Shown here piece after piece: positions 31,447 through 41,496 of a stretch of DNA of 64,000 nucleotides (the stretch's first letter is position 1; every line of letters starts with the position of its first letter). Below the pieces are notes generated by a model. That model was not told where the DNA came from and made no database searches. It worked only from the letters and a program-made list of their open reading frames with translations. Origin of the DNA: Candidatus Bathyarchaeota archaeon (GTDB lineage: Archaea; Thermoproteota; Bathyarchaeia; Bathyarchaeales; Bathycorpusculaceae); assembly GCA_963828195.1 (NCBI GenBank), contig CAWHDT010000003.1, forward strand, positions 224,001-288,000, in the 5' to 3' direction. The translations under genes and the position numbers were made by a program.

Positions 31447-32412
31447 TTAAGCAATTGAGGAAGCTCTCTCAACTAGATCGTTTACAGCGTTAGCCAACGC
31501 TTTACTTGCCACTTGTCTAACCTCTATCGAAGCATCGGTTTCCAGTTTCTCCAGCTTTTTGCGTAAACTTTCAACTTTCGCTATAATGTCCTGCTTCTTC
31601 ATCTCATAACTGTCACGAAGCTTGCCTTGTTCAACAGTAAAATTCTGCTGTGCCATTTCTAACTCGTTCTTAGCAGCCTTCAGGTCCTGCCATGCTCGAG
31701 GAATCTTATCGTCAGTTTTCTTTTTGAGAATCTTTCGTTTGTTGTTATCTTCATCCTGGCCTTGCACTTCACGTTCCAATTCATGTATGCGATTTGTTAT
31801 ACGCTGAACTTCGTCATCTCGCTTGAGGCTTAGTTCCATAGCTTTTTCAACATATTCCTTATCCGTTTCAGCAAGCAAATAATCGCTGTCAGCTAAAGCC
31901 TTTGCAACCGCGCCGACATTTTGTTCATCAATTTTTATTTTGGAAAGTGCACCTTCAACATCAAGAAAAATCTGCGAACAATCCTTTACAAAATAGTCAT
32001 CCGCCTTAATGGGCGAGTTTGCCTCAAAATCCAAAACTATCTGCTTCAGGTTAGCAAGCCAGTTATCAAAATTTTGATTATAGGGCGAAACTAAAAAAAC
32101 CTGATTTCCCAGCTGGCTTGACTCTTTGAGAGTTTTCTCTGCAACCGCCCTTACATAAGCCAAATTCGTCGCATTAGACTTATCACGCGATGGCAACTGC
32201 GGTTCCTCCTCGCCCATTATAGCCTTTAGCGAGTTAATTTCCTCTTTTAAAGCGGCGATTTGGATTGCTAAAACATTCCCTTTAGCGTCAGCTAGCCGTT
32301 TGAGTTCTTCAACTTCGGCTATAAGGCTTAGTTTTTCAGCTTCCAACTTTTTTATTTTATCAACACTGCTCTTAATGATGCTCACTACGTTTCCCCTTTT
32401 CAAAAGGCACAT
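31447..32412 (-). CDS. Long coiled-coil hypothetical protein
   Basis: Heptad-patterned K/E/L/A-rich N- and C-terminal halves around a small globular insert. Confidence 0.8.
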   Translation of the reverse strand: MCLLKRGNVVSIIKSSVDKIKKLEAEKLSLIAEVEELKRLADAKGNVLAIQIAALKEEINSLKAIMGEEEPQLPSRDKSNATNLAYVRAVAEKTLKESSQLGNQVFLVSPYNQNFDNWLANLKQIVLDFEANSPIKADDYFVKDCSQIFLDVEGALSKIKIDEQNVGAVAKALADSDYLLAETDKEYVEKAMELSLKRDDEVQRITNRIHELEREVQGQDEDNNKRKILKKKTDDKIPRAWQDLKAAKNELEMAQQNFTVEQGKLRDSYEMKKQDIIAKVESLRKKLEKLETDASIEVRQVASKALANAVNDLVERASSIA

Positions 32413-32959
32413 TATCTTTTTTGCACTTAAAACTTTTGCAAAAAAGTTACATAACAGAAGTCAACTTGACTAAAAAGTAAAACGCAAATATCTGAAAAAT
32501 AAATGCCAATGGTTTATTTCAAGTACTTTTGAGGATAAATTTCTCACCTCTTGAGCCTTCAACCATAAACAGCGACTTAGCTTATGCCTTTGAGGACGGG
32601 TGGCTGCTACAAAATTGCTCCAAACATGCATGCGCAACCTTCAGGTAGTCAACTGACCGCTTAGTAATTTTTCACTGTTATCTAAAAAACAAATAATCAA
32701 TTTTACGATATATTTTTATTATTATAACATATTTTAAACGGAAATAAGTTTTAAATATGATTAATATTCTCTATCAATATTTAATACAAAAATAATTACC
32801 CTCTATTCTGCATAACAATATAAACAACCTAAGACAAGCTAAGCATTCAATCAGCGAGTATAATTCATTGAAAGGAGAAGTTCAAATGAAAATAGTGAAA
32901 AAACCGCTAAGTCAATTTGCGCCAGCTTTAACTATCAATTCCTCGTCCGGAGGAAAACG

Positions 32960-35900
32960 ATGAAAAAATCCAAATTTCTAACAGCTATAATTATTACAAT
33001 AATTTTCGTCCAATTATTTGCGTATGCAAGTCTTACCCAAGTAAAGGGTGACCTAACAGCTCCGGTTACGGCAAATGATCCCCAAAACAATTGTCTACTT
33101 ACTTTTACCAGATGCATTGATGGGTACTGGCAGGGAATCTGCAACTGGCTCGGTTGGCATTCTGGATGCAATTCTATTGAAGCCATCACCATCGCTCCAG
33201 CAACCGCAACCATTGCTGCTGGTCAATCCCAATTATACTCAGCGACCGCCTACAACCAAAAAGGCAACAGCTGGATCATATCAACCAATCCAGATACAGT
33301 TTGGAGTATCAGTAGCGGCGCCGGAACCTACGTTTGGACAGGCAGTTCTGTGCAAGTCACTAAGGCTGGCACTTGGACTGTTACTGCAACTTACAAAGGC
33401 AAGTCAGATACGGCCTCTTTAACTGTTACTCACGCAAGCCTTAACGAATTGGCTGGCATCACAGTTTCTGTTAACCCGACGATTGTTGCTGCTCCCAATA
33501 GAGTCGTAGGCACAGCTACAGCATATGACATTTATGGAAACAGTTGGGACGTCAGCACTTTGGCGACTTGGAGTATTCCTGCTGGTAATGATGGCGGTTC
33601 TTGGGTTCAGAATGTTTATACTTCTCACACGGCTGGCACCTACACTGTGCAAGCTGCTTATGAAGGCAAGACAGCTACTACAAGTTTGACTGTTGCTCAT
33701 TCGACAAACGAGGCACAGTTAGCCAGTCTGGCGATTAATCCTTCCACCTCGACAATTGCTGCGGGTTCAACTCAGCCTTATACGGCTACAGCCACTGACT
33801 CGTTTGGTAACTCTTGGGACGTGACTGCCGGCATTTCGGCTTCAAACGGTTGGAGCATAAGCTCTGGCGCAGGCGGTTCCTGGAGTGGAGCAACCTACAC
33901 TTCAGAAAAAGCTGGCGAGTGGACAGTAACTGGAACCTACCTCGACAAGACCGCTACTGCTACTTTGACTGTCACCCACGCAACCGATGAAGCGCATCTC
34001 GCCTACATCACCGCCTCAATGAACCCAACCTCCGTTGCTACATCAAACACTTCCACGGGTACAGCGACAGCTTACGATTCATTTGGAAACAGCTGGGACA
34101 TAAGTACTGTGGCGTCTTGGAGTATCCCTGCTGGAGGCGACGGCGGCTCTTGGTCTCAGAACGTTTATACTTCATTTTTAGCTGGCGCCTACATAGTGCA
34201 AGCAAGTTACGAAGGCAAAACTGCGACTACTTCCCTAGTCGTTACTCATGCAACAAGCACGAATAACTTAGATCATATAGTCATCGAACCCAGCCAGTCC
34301 ACAGTTAATGTCGGTGTTTCTCAATCTTATACTGCTACTGCATACGACACATTCGGCAACAGTTGGAGCATTACGGCAGTTTACAGTTGCGTAAACTCCA
34401 ATGTAGTTGTTTCTGGTAACTCAGTCTACTCTAACGTGGACGGCAGCTATACTATAACTGGAACCTACGACGGAAAATCTGATACAGCAACACTGAACGT
34501 TGTTGGGCATTTGTTGACTATCGTTTCCATTGCAGTGTCACCTAAAACAGCCTCAATTTCAGCTGGAAATTCCCAAGCTTTTACCGCCACCGCTTCAGAT
34601 GGATACAATACATGGGACGTTACCAGCACAGTTACTTGGAGCATTAACACTACCGCCGGAGGCTCTTGGGATCAAAGCACCGGTATGTACACATCTGCCG
34701 CGGCAGGCACTTGGATGGTCAAGGCAACTCTGGGCACGCTATCAGATACAGCAACTTTGACCGTAAATGCCAATTCAGCGTTGCCTAGTTCCATAATCAT
34801 TAGCCCAACTACATCGACAATTGCAGCAGGAACTTCACAAAACTACACCGTTACGGCGTATGACCAATATGGCAATAGTTTAGGCGATGTCACCTCATCA
34901 ACGACTTTTAATGCTCCCGGCGCTTCAGTGACCGAAAACTCCGTTACATCAAATAACGTTGGTTCCTACACCGTCACCGCAACTTACAGTGGGTTAACTG
35001 ACGCTGCAAGCTTAACAGTGACTGGTTACACAGTAACGTTCACTGAGAACGGTCTGCAAACTGGAACAAGTTGGAACATAACTTTCGGCGGACAAGAGTA
35101 CTCCTCTTTAACCGACACAATAGCCATCAACGATGTTTCAGCACTAAGCTATTCATGGACCACTTCAAACAACATTCAAAATGGGCAAACAAGATACTTG
35201 GCCGCTCAAACTTCAGGCAGTCTTTCGATTCCAAGTCAATTAACCCAAAATATAGATTACTCAACGCAATACTTGGTTACCTATTCTTCAATTGGAAATG
35301 CCTTATCCGTTTCAGTTCCAACAGCCGAGTGGGTTAACACAGGCGCACAAGCTGACGGTTCATTCCCCACTCAGGTCATCAACGAGGCTCAAGATACTCG
35401 ATGCAACTTCCTAAGCGATAACCGACCAGAAACGATCACGCAACCAACAATAATCATAGGCACCTACCAAACCCAATATTACTTAACAGTCACTTCACCA
35501 TATAACACGGCAAGTGGAGCAGGCTGGTATAACGCGGGAAATGCAGCAACAGCTTCACTGGAAAGCGGGACAGCGTCAGGCTCAGTTGGAACGCAATATG
35601 TCTTTACAGCTTGGAGCGGCGACGCATCAGGTTCAAGTTTAACAAGCAATAACATCATAATGAACAGCCCCGAAACTGCCACAGCCACTTGGACAACACA
35701 ATACTACCTCACAGTAAGCTCTCCCTACGGCAGTCCAAGCGGTGCAGGCTGGTATAACAGCGGATCACTAGCCACTGCAAGACTTTCAAGTGGAAAAGTT
35801 TCAGGCAGTAAAGGTGTTCAATATGTCTTTAACGACTGGAGTGGCGACGCATCGGAAGCGGCACTAACTTGCAGCGTATTAATGACTAGCCCAGAAACAG

Positions 35901-36520
35901 CTACTGCTTCATGGAATACACAATACCTGGTAACTTATGCTGCAGTTGGCAATGCTCTACCAATAACTGTTCCATCGAATGAATGGGTTAACTATGGAGC
36001 CGCTGCGCGAGGCAAATTCCTTCCCACAGTAGTAGACTCTGCCGACGATACCCAATGTCTCTTTCTAAGCGACAACCGAACACAAAGTATCACTCAACCC
36101 ACAACAATAACAGGCGAATACCAGTCACAGTACAAAGTGACATTCAACCAAATAGGTATACTGTCGGATACAAAAGGAACAGTAGTAACAATCTTAAGCA
36201 CCCCAGAATGCTGCTCTCAACTAGCGAATGTAACATGGGTTAATAATGGCACACAACTTACATTCATCTTTAAAGCCTCAGTTGCAAGCACAACAGCTAA
36301 CAAAATGTACATTTTAAAAGGCGTAAACGCAGTTTCACCAATGATAATCGATAAACCAACAGTAATCCAAGGCACATACCAAGCTCAATACAGCACAAGC
36401 TTATACACAGTTTTAGAGTTCGCAATAATCATCTTCATCATTCTTTTAACTATAGCAGCATTACTTAGCTATCGCGGAAGAAAAAATAAAAACGAAAGAA
36501 GCCTTAGCACAACAGCCTAA
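32960..36520 (+). CDS. Large cell-surface protein with tandem Ig-like repeats and C-terminal TM anchor
   Basis: Signal peptide; repeated TATAYDxxGNSWD and GxWTVTATY units, then TQYYLTVxSPY..GAGWY units; TM plus basic tail. Confidence 0.92.
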   Translation: MKKSKFLTAIIITIIFVQLFAYASLTQVKGDLTAPVTANDPQNNCLLTFTRCIDGYWQGICNWLGWHSGCNSIEAITIAPATATIAAGQSQLYSATAYNQKGNSWIISTNPDTVWSISSGAGTYVWTGSSVQVTKAGTWTVTATYKGKSDTASLTVTHASLNELAGITVSVNPTIVAAPNRVVGTATAYDIYGNSWDVSTLATWSIPAGNDGGSWVQNVYTSHTAGTYTVQAAYEGKTATTSLTVAHSTNEAQLASLAINPSTSTIAAGSTQPYTATATDSFGNSWDVTAGISASNGWSISSGAGGSWSGATYTSEKAGEWTVTGTYLDKTATATLTVTHATDEAHLAYITASMNPTSVATSNTSTGTATAYDSFGNSWDISTVASWSIPAGGDGGSWSQNVYTSFLAGAYIVQASYEGKTATTSLVVTHATSTNNLDHIVIEPSQSTVNVGVSQSYTATAYDTFGNSWSITAVYSCVNSNVVVSGNSVYSNVDGSYTITGTYDGKSDTATLNVVGHLLTIVSIAVSPKTASISAGNSQAFTATASDGYNTWDVTSTVTWSINTTAGGSWDQSTGMYTSAAAGTWMVKATLGTLSDTATLTVNANSALPSSIIISPTTSTIAAGTSQNYTVTAYDQYGNSLGDVTSSTTFNAPGASVTENSVTSNNVGSYTVTATYSGLTDAASLTVTGYTVTFTENGLQTGTSWNITFGGQEYSSLTDTIAINDVSALSYSWTTSNNIQNGQTRYLAAQTSGSLSIPSQLTQNIDYSTQYLVTYSSIGNALSVSVPTAEWVNTGAQADGSFPTQVINEAQDTRCNFLSDNRPETITQPTIIIGTYQTQYYLTVTSPYNTASGAGWYNAGNAATASLESGTASGSVGTQYVFTAWSGDASGSSLTSNNIIMNSPETATATWTTQYYLTVSSPYGSPSGAGWYNSGSLATARLSSGKVSGSKGVQYVFNDWSGDASEAALTCSVLMTSPETATASWNTQYLVTYAAVGNALPITVPSNEWVNYGAAARGKFLPTVVDSADDTQCLFLSDNRTQSITQPTTITGEYQSQYKVTFNQIGILSDTKGTVVTILSTPECCSQLANVTWVNNGTQLTFIFKASVASTTANKMYILKGVNAVSPMIIDKPTVIQGTYQAQYSTSLYTVLEFAIIIFIILLTIAALLSYRGRKNKNERSLSTTA

Positions 36521-36725
36521 CGTCAACAGCTAACAAACGCAAGTTTTCTTTCTTTTTATTTGTTCAGGTTGTTTTCTTTTTTAAAAATAAGTTAAAGTCA
36601 GTAGGACTCAAGGGAGAACTCAACCTTTTTTTAAAATTCTATTTCTCCAATTATACCACAAATTACTGCAAAACTGTAACGGACTTAGAAAAGACTATTT
36701 TTTAGCAAGCACTTCAAAGTGGAGG

Positions 36726-36956
36726 CTATCGATCCATATACATGAAATGAATAAACATATAACCAAAGTAGGCTATCGCAAAGGCTGTCAATCCTATCTC
36801 TGAGGAAAGAATAACCCTGTTGCTTTCTACTCCCCTAAAATAACCGTTTTGAGCAATGCTCGTAAAAACGGTAGTCTGCAAAAACAATGCGCTGGCTATG
36901 CTGCTTAGACCTAAAACATGAACGAGCATTCTGAACTTTCTAGGTAAGTTTGACAT
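36726..36956 (-). CDS. Small 2-TM membrane protein
   Basis: Two hydrophobic helices; AGGAG SD upstream. Confidence 0.7.
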   Translation of the reverse strand: MSNLPRKFRMLVHVLGLSSIASALFLQTTVFTSIAQNGYFRGVESNRVILSSEIGLTAFAIAYFGYMFIHFMYMDR

Positions 36957-37330
36957 TTTGGGCTCCTGTTATTTTCATGTGATAAGTCAATTAATGACCC
37001 TTGTTAATTGGAAATACATATTTTTAATAAACAAATCAAATCATTTTTAAATTTTCTGTACAAACTCAGCTAGTCTTCTATTTTGCTTAATTCTATCTTA
37101 ACAAGCATAGTATTTTTGCATGATCAATTTACAAATCGCGTAAATTTAATTTTTTCAGCACAGGCGCGTTTTAGCCCCTTCTGTCATTTTGAATATTTTT
37201 TCGCCCAGAAAAATCACAGTCAACGCAGGAACGAAATTTGCTCTGGCGGGGTGCTTGTTTTTGATAGGCATATTTTAGCAAAGCATTATAGCTTAGTTCG
37301 CAAAAGCCATTCGTAATCAAGTGGTAAAAT

Positions 37331-37999
37331 TTGAAAACTTTGATTGCGGGTGTTGACGAAGCTGGGCGCGGATGCGTCGTTGGACCCTTAGTTGTCGCTG
37401 GCGTTATGCTGAAAGCTGAGAACTTGCATCTTCTAGCCGAATTGGGAGTTAAAGATTCAAAACTTCTGACGCCTAAGAAGCGTGAAGAATTGTACCCTGA
37501 AATTATACGTTTAGCTGAAAAATACCAAACCATAAAAGTGCTTCCGTGCCAAATTGATGTGGCAGTTGAAAGTGCCAGAAAACTGCATAAATTAAATCGG
37601 CTTGAAGCGCAAACGATGGCGCAATTAATTGAAGCCTTAAAGCCCGATGAGGCCTATGTTGATGCGGCCGACACGGTTGAGAACCGCTTCGGAAACCACA
37701 TAAAAGAATGCCTGAAAACCAAAACCCGAATTATTTCTAAACATAAAGCAGACAAAATTTTCCCTGTTGTATCAGCTGCATCCATCATAGCTAAAGTGGA
37801 GCGTGACAGAGAAATCGCAAGCTTAAAAGTGGAATACGGCGACTTCGGCAGCGGATACTTAACTGACGGGAAAACCATGGTGTTTTTGAGGGCGCTTCTG
37901 GAAAAAAATGATGATTATCCCTGTTTTGTTAGAAAATCGTGGAAGCCCGCCAAAAGAGCAAAAAGTGAAAAAGGCACGTTACAAAAAACACTTGTCTAA
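37331..37999 (+). CDS. rnhB: Ribonuclease HII
   Basis: GVDEAGRG, DSKLL, KAD...VSAASIIAKV, GSGY. Confidence 0.97.
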   Translation: MKTLIAGVDEAGRGCVVGPLVVAGVMLKAENLHLLAELGVKDSKLLTPKKREELYPEIIRLAEKYQTIKVLPCQIDVAVESARKLHKLNRLEAQTMAQLIEALKPDEAYVDAADTVENRFGNHIKECLKTKTRIISKHKADKIFPVVSAASIIAKVERDREIASLKVEYGDFGSGYLTDGKTMVFLRALLEKNDDYPCFVRKSWKPAKRAKSEKGTLQKTLV

Positions 38000-38132
38000 A
38001 CTGTTTTACCATAAAAATGTTTTAGTTGTAGTCAAATGCTTCGACAAAAGGGCTACAAGCAAACGCTAATTATATAAATGTCGAGTTACACTTTTAGATT
38101 AGGAATGCGGGTTTTAAACGGCGGTTACTTGA

Positions 38133-39827
38133 TTGAGCGAAAAAGATGTTACCAAGTTTTTGCAGATACTCGGGCTCTCAAAACGAGAGATCCAAGTTTA
38201 CATGTTTCTTGCCAAAAGCGGTGTCCAATCAACCAGTTTTGTGGCTAAAAGGCTTAAAATGGAGCGTGTTCAAGCCTACCGCACATTTAAGAAACTTCAA
38301 GAGAAAGGTTTTATTGAAGCAACCTTGGAGAGGCCCACGCGCTTCACCATCGTTCCCTTCGAATCACTAGTTGACTCATTCATCAGCGCAAAAAAGACGG
38401 AGATTACAAGCCTAACTGACCAGAAACAGCCTCTTCTAACTGCTTGGCAATCGATAAGCGCTCCCGAATCAGAATATCCCGTAGCTAAGTTCTCTATCAT
38501 CACGGGTAAGAAAAAAATTCATGCTAAAATGTTATCGATGATTGAAGAGTCCAGCAGTGAAGTTATAGTTTTAACGACGGCTTTAGGGTTAATTCAAGAG
38601 GATATCGCGGGCATTTTTGATGCGGCTTTTGTGTCTGCTCAAGAGCGGAACATACCTCTTCAAATAATAACGGAGATTTCCCATGAAAACCTCAAGGTTG
38701 CAGAGCGAATAGATAAAACTATTTCTGAAGAAAACTTAAACGTTAAACTTCATCACGTAAACATGAGTTCCAAATTTTTCCCGCGCTTTTTGATTAAAGA
38801 CGAAGAAGAAGCCATCTTGTATGCGCCGTTTGGCAACGAAGCTTCCGTGCTTAATTTGGAAGATGAAGGCTTATGGATAAACGATAAAATGTTTATTTCA
38901 GTTCTGAAAGCTTTTTTTGTCCAAATGTGGCAAAGCGGAGTTGAAGCTTCAAGACGGATAGACGAGTTGAAGAGAGGAATACCGCTAAGTGAAACCGTCA
39001 TCATAAAAGACCCTAAAGAAGCCTGGATGAGGGTGACTAAGGTTCTTGAATCAGCAAAAAAAGAAGTTGTGATAATCACATCATCACAAAGCATTAACAG
39101 TTTATCAGAAAATGATCCGTTGGCAAATTACCTTAAAAAAGGCTTAAAAGTTCAGTTGATGGCGTCTATCGACTTAGACAATCTTGAACCCGCCCAGCGG
39201 CTTTCAACCCGATATGAAATCAAGCATGTTCCAATCAGTTACCTAACGATGATGCTGGTTGACAACAAGCACCTGTTCATGTTTAAGACACCGCCGCTTA
39301 ACGATGTTGTTGCCACTGAATCTGCATTTTACCTGGCTGACACATTTTACTCAAGCGACTCCAGCCAAATTGAAAGAGTAAGCGAAATGCTTGAAGATAT
39401 TTGGAAGAGAGGCATTGACATCTCAGAAGTCAGCAATCAAGCAGGAACTAAACTTCCCTCAGTTGAGGTTTCAACAACTGACGCAGTGGCAAAACTTGTA
39501 GAAAAAATGATGCAAAACAACGTCAACTCAGTACTTATAACTGAAAATCATAAGCCAATTGGCGTAATAAACGACAGGGACCTGTTAAGAGAGATAGTTG
39601 AAGGGCATAAGGATCCAACGAAAACTTTGGCAAAAGACGTTGACTTTACGCCTCTTATAACTCTTCAAGGAGACGAATCCATGATTACAGCCATGAAGAT
39701 TATGGAGGAAAAAGAGATTAAGCGAGCAGCCATGGTTAAAAACGGACAGCTCATCGGCATGCTAATGGAAAACGCAGCCAACGCCGCTAAAAGATCTGCC
39801 TTGCGAGTTAAAGCACCTGCACAATAA
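38133..39827 (+). CDS. TrmB-family regulator with two effector domains and a C-terminal CBS pair
   Basis: TrmB HTH (LGLSKREIQVY...LQEKGFIE), two PLD-like domains (FLIKDEEE, MMLVDNKH), CBS (IGVINDRDLL). Confidence 0.88.
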   Translation: MSEKDVTKFLQILGLSKREIQVYMFLAKSGVQSTSFVAKRLKMERVQAYRTFKKLQEKGFIEATLERPTRFTIVPFESLVDSFISAKKTEITSLTDQKQPLLTAWQSISAPESEYPVAKFSIITGKKKIHAKMLSMIEESSSEVIVLTTALGLIQEDIAGIFDAAFVSAQERNIPLQIITEISHENLKVAERIDKTISEENLNVKLHHVNMSSKFFPRFLIKDEEEAILYAPFGNEASVLNLEDEGLWINDKMFISVLKAFFVQMWQSGVEASRRIDELKRGIPLSETVIIKDPKEAWMRVTKVLESAKKEVVIITSSQSINSLSENDPLANYLKKGLKVQLMASIDLDNLEPAQRLSTRYEIKHVPISYLTMMLVDNKHLFMFKTPPLNDVVATESAFYLADTFYSSDSSQIERVSEMLEDIWKRGIDISEVSNQAGTKLPSVEVSTTDAVAKLVEKMMQNNVNSVLITENHKPIGVINDRDLLREIVEGHKDPTKTLAKDVDFTPLITLQGDESMITAMKIMEEKEIKRAAMVKNGQLIGMLMENAANAAKRSALRVKAPAQ

Positions 39828-39887
39828 CAAATTTTTAGGCTTAAGTTTCCTCTGCCAATTTTTTTGATGGGTAAATGATATTAATAA

Positions 39888-40598
<711 letters not shown>

Positions 40599-40612
40599 AT
40601 GCGTGAGCGCCC

Positions 40613-41494
40613 TTGAAAGTTGAAGCTGAATGTGAATCTTGCCTGCTTGCTCGGGGATCAACACAGATCTATCAAGCCACAACTAACCCTGCCCTGCGTT
40701 TCAGATGCCTCGCCGAAGTTGTAAAACTTTTAAATCGAGAATTCAAACCAACTTCGGTGGCTGCTAATTTAGGCACAAAAAGAGACCGAATAATTAAGCA
40801 GTTAACAAGCAACAAGGACCCGTATGTTCGCACTAAGAAGGCGGCTAACGAGAAAGCCATGAAACTGCTGCCTAAGGCAAAAAAACTCGTGGACGAAGGA
40901 AACAATCAGCAGGAACGCTTCAAAAAAGCCTGCTTATGCGCTATTGTTGGCAACATTATGGAGTTTGACATTCCAGGACACAAGTTCAACTTGAACGATC
41001 TTGCGAGTTGCATTCGGGAAGCATCTAAAGACTTAGCCATAGACGACATCGACAGGGCTTATGATTTGGCGAAGAAAGCAAGCCACGTGCTTTATCTGGC
41101 GGATAACGCTGGAGAAATCGTTTTTGACATGCTGCTTGTTGAGCAGCTAAAGAACATGGGGTTAAAAGTCACCTATGTCGTTAAAGGCGGACCCGTAATC
41201 AACGACGCCACAATGGAAGACGTAGCGTTCTCAGGCATGGATAAAATAGCCGACGAAATATTAACCACCGGAACCGACGCGGTGGGCTTGCAGAAAAAGG
41301 AGGTTTCGCCTGAATTCCTCAAAGTTTACGATGCAGCCGAGCTGATTTTCGCCAAAGGCATGGGGTACGCAGAAACCCTCACCGAGTACAAGTTAACGAA
41401 GCCTCATCTGCTGCTGTTCAGAACCAAATGTGTACCAGTAGCCAACTACTTCCGTGTTCCCCGCGACAAAAACATTGCCAAGCTGATGCCTTAA
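40613..41494 (+). CDS. DUF89/ARMT1-like damage-control phosphatase
   Basis: N-terminal CxxC, DPY..K, DNAGE, INDAT, AKGMG. Confidence 0.93.
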   Translation: MKVEAECESCLLARGSTQIYQATTNPALRFRCLAEVVKLLNREFKPTSVAANLGTKRDRIIKQLTSNKDPYVRTKKAANEKAMKLLPKAKKLVDEGNNQQERFKKACLCAIVGNIMEFDIPGHKFNLNDLASCIREASKDLAIDDIDRAYDLAKKASHVLYLADNAGEIVFDMLLVEQLKNMGLKVTYVVKGGPVINDATMEDVAFSGMDKIADEILTTGTDAVGLQKKEVSPEFLKVYDAAELIFAKGMGYAETLTEYKLTKPHLLLFRTKCVPVANYFRVPRDKNIAKLMP

Positions 41495-41496
41495 AA

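Noticed and set aside
31185-31472. 95-aa ORF between the coiled-coil and cyclase genes as a Pycsar effector
   Set aside because: No TM or TIR features, a TTG start inside the upstream gene and atypical composition; probably the cyclase promoter region.
32458-32480. AGTCAACTTGACTAA as the same operator
   Set aside because: Half-sites are almost adjacent, so the geometry differs.
38028-38050. GTAGTCAAATGCTTCGACAAA upstream of the TrmB gene as another copy of the 22-bp operator
   Set aside because: Half-site spacing is one base shorter and the match is weak.
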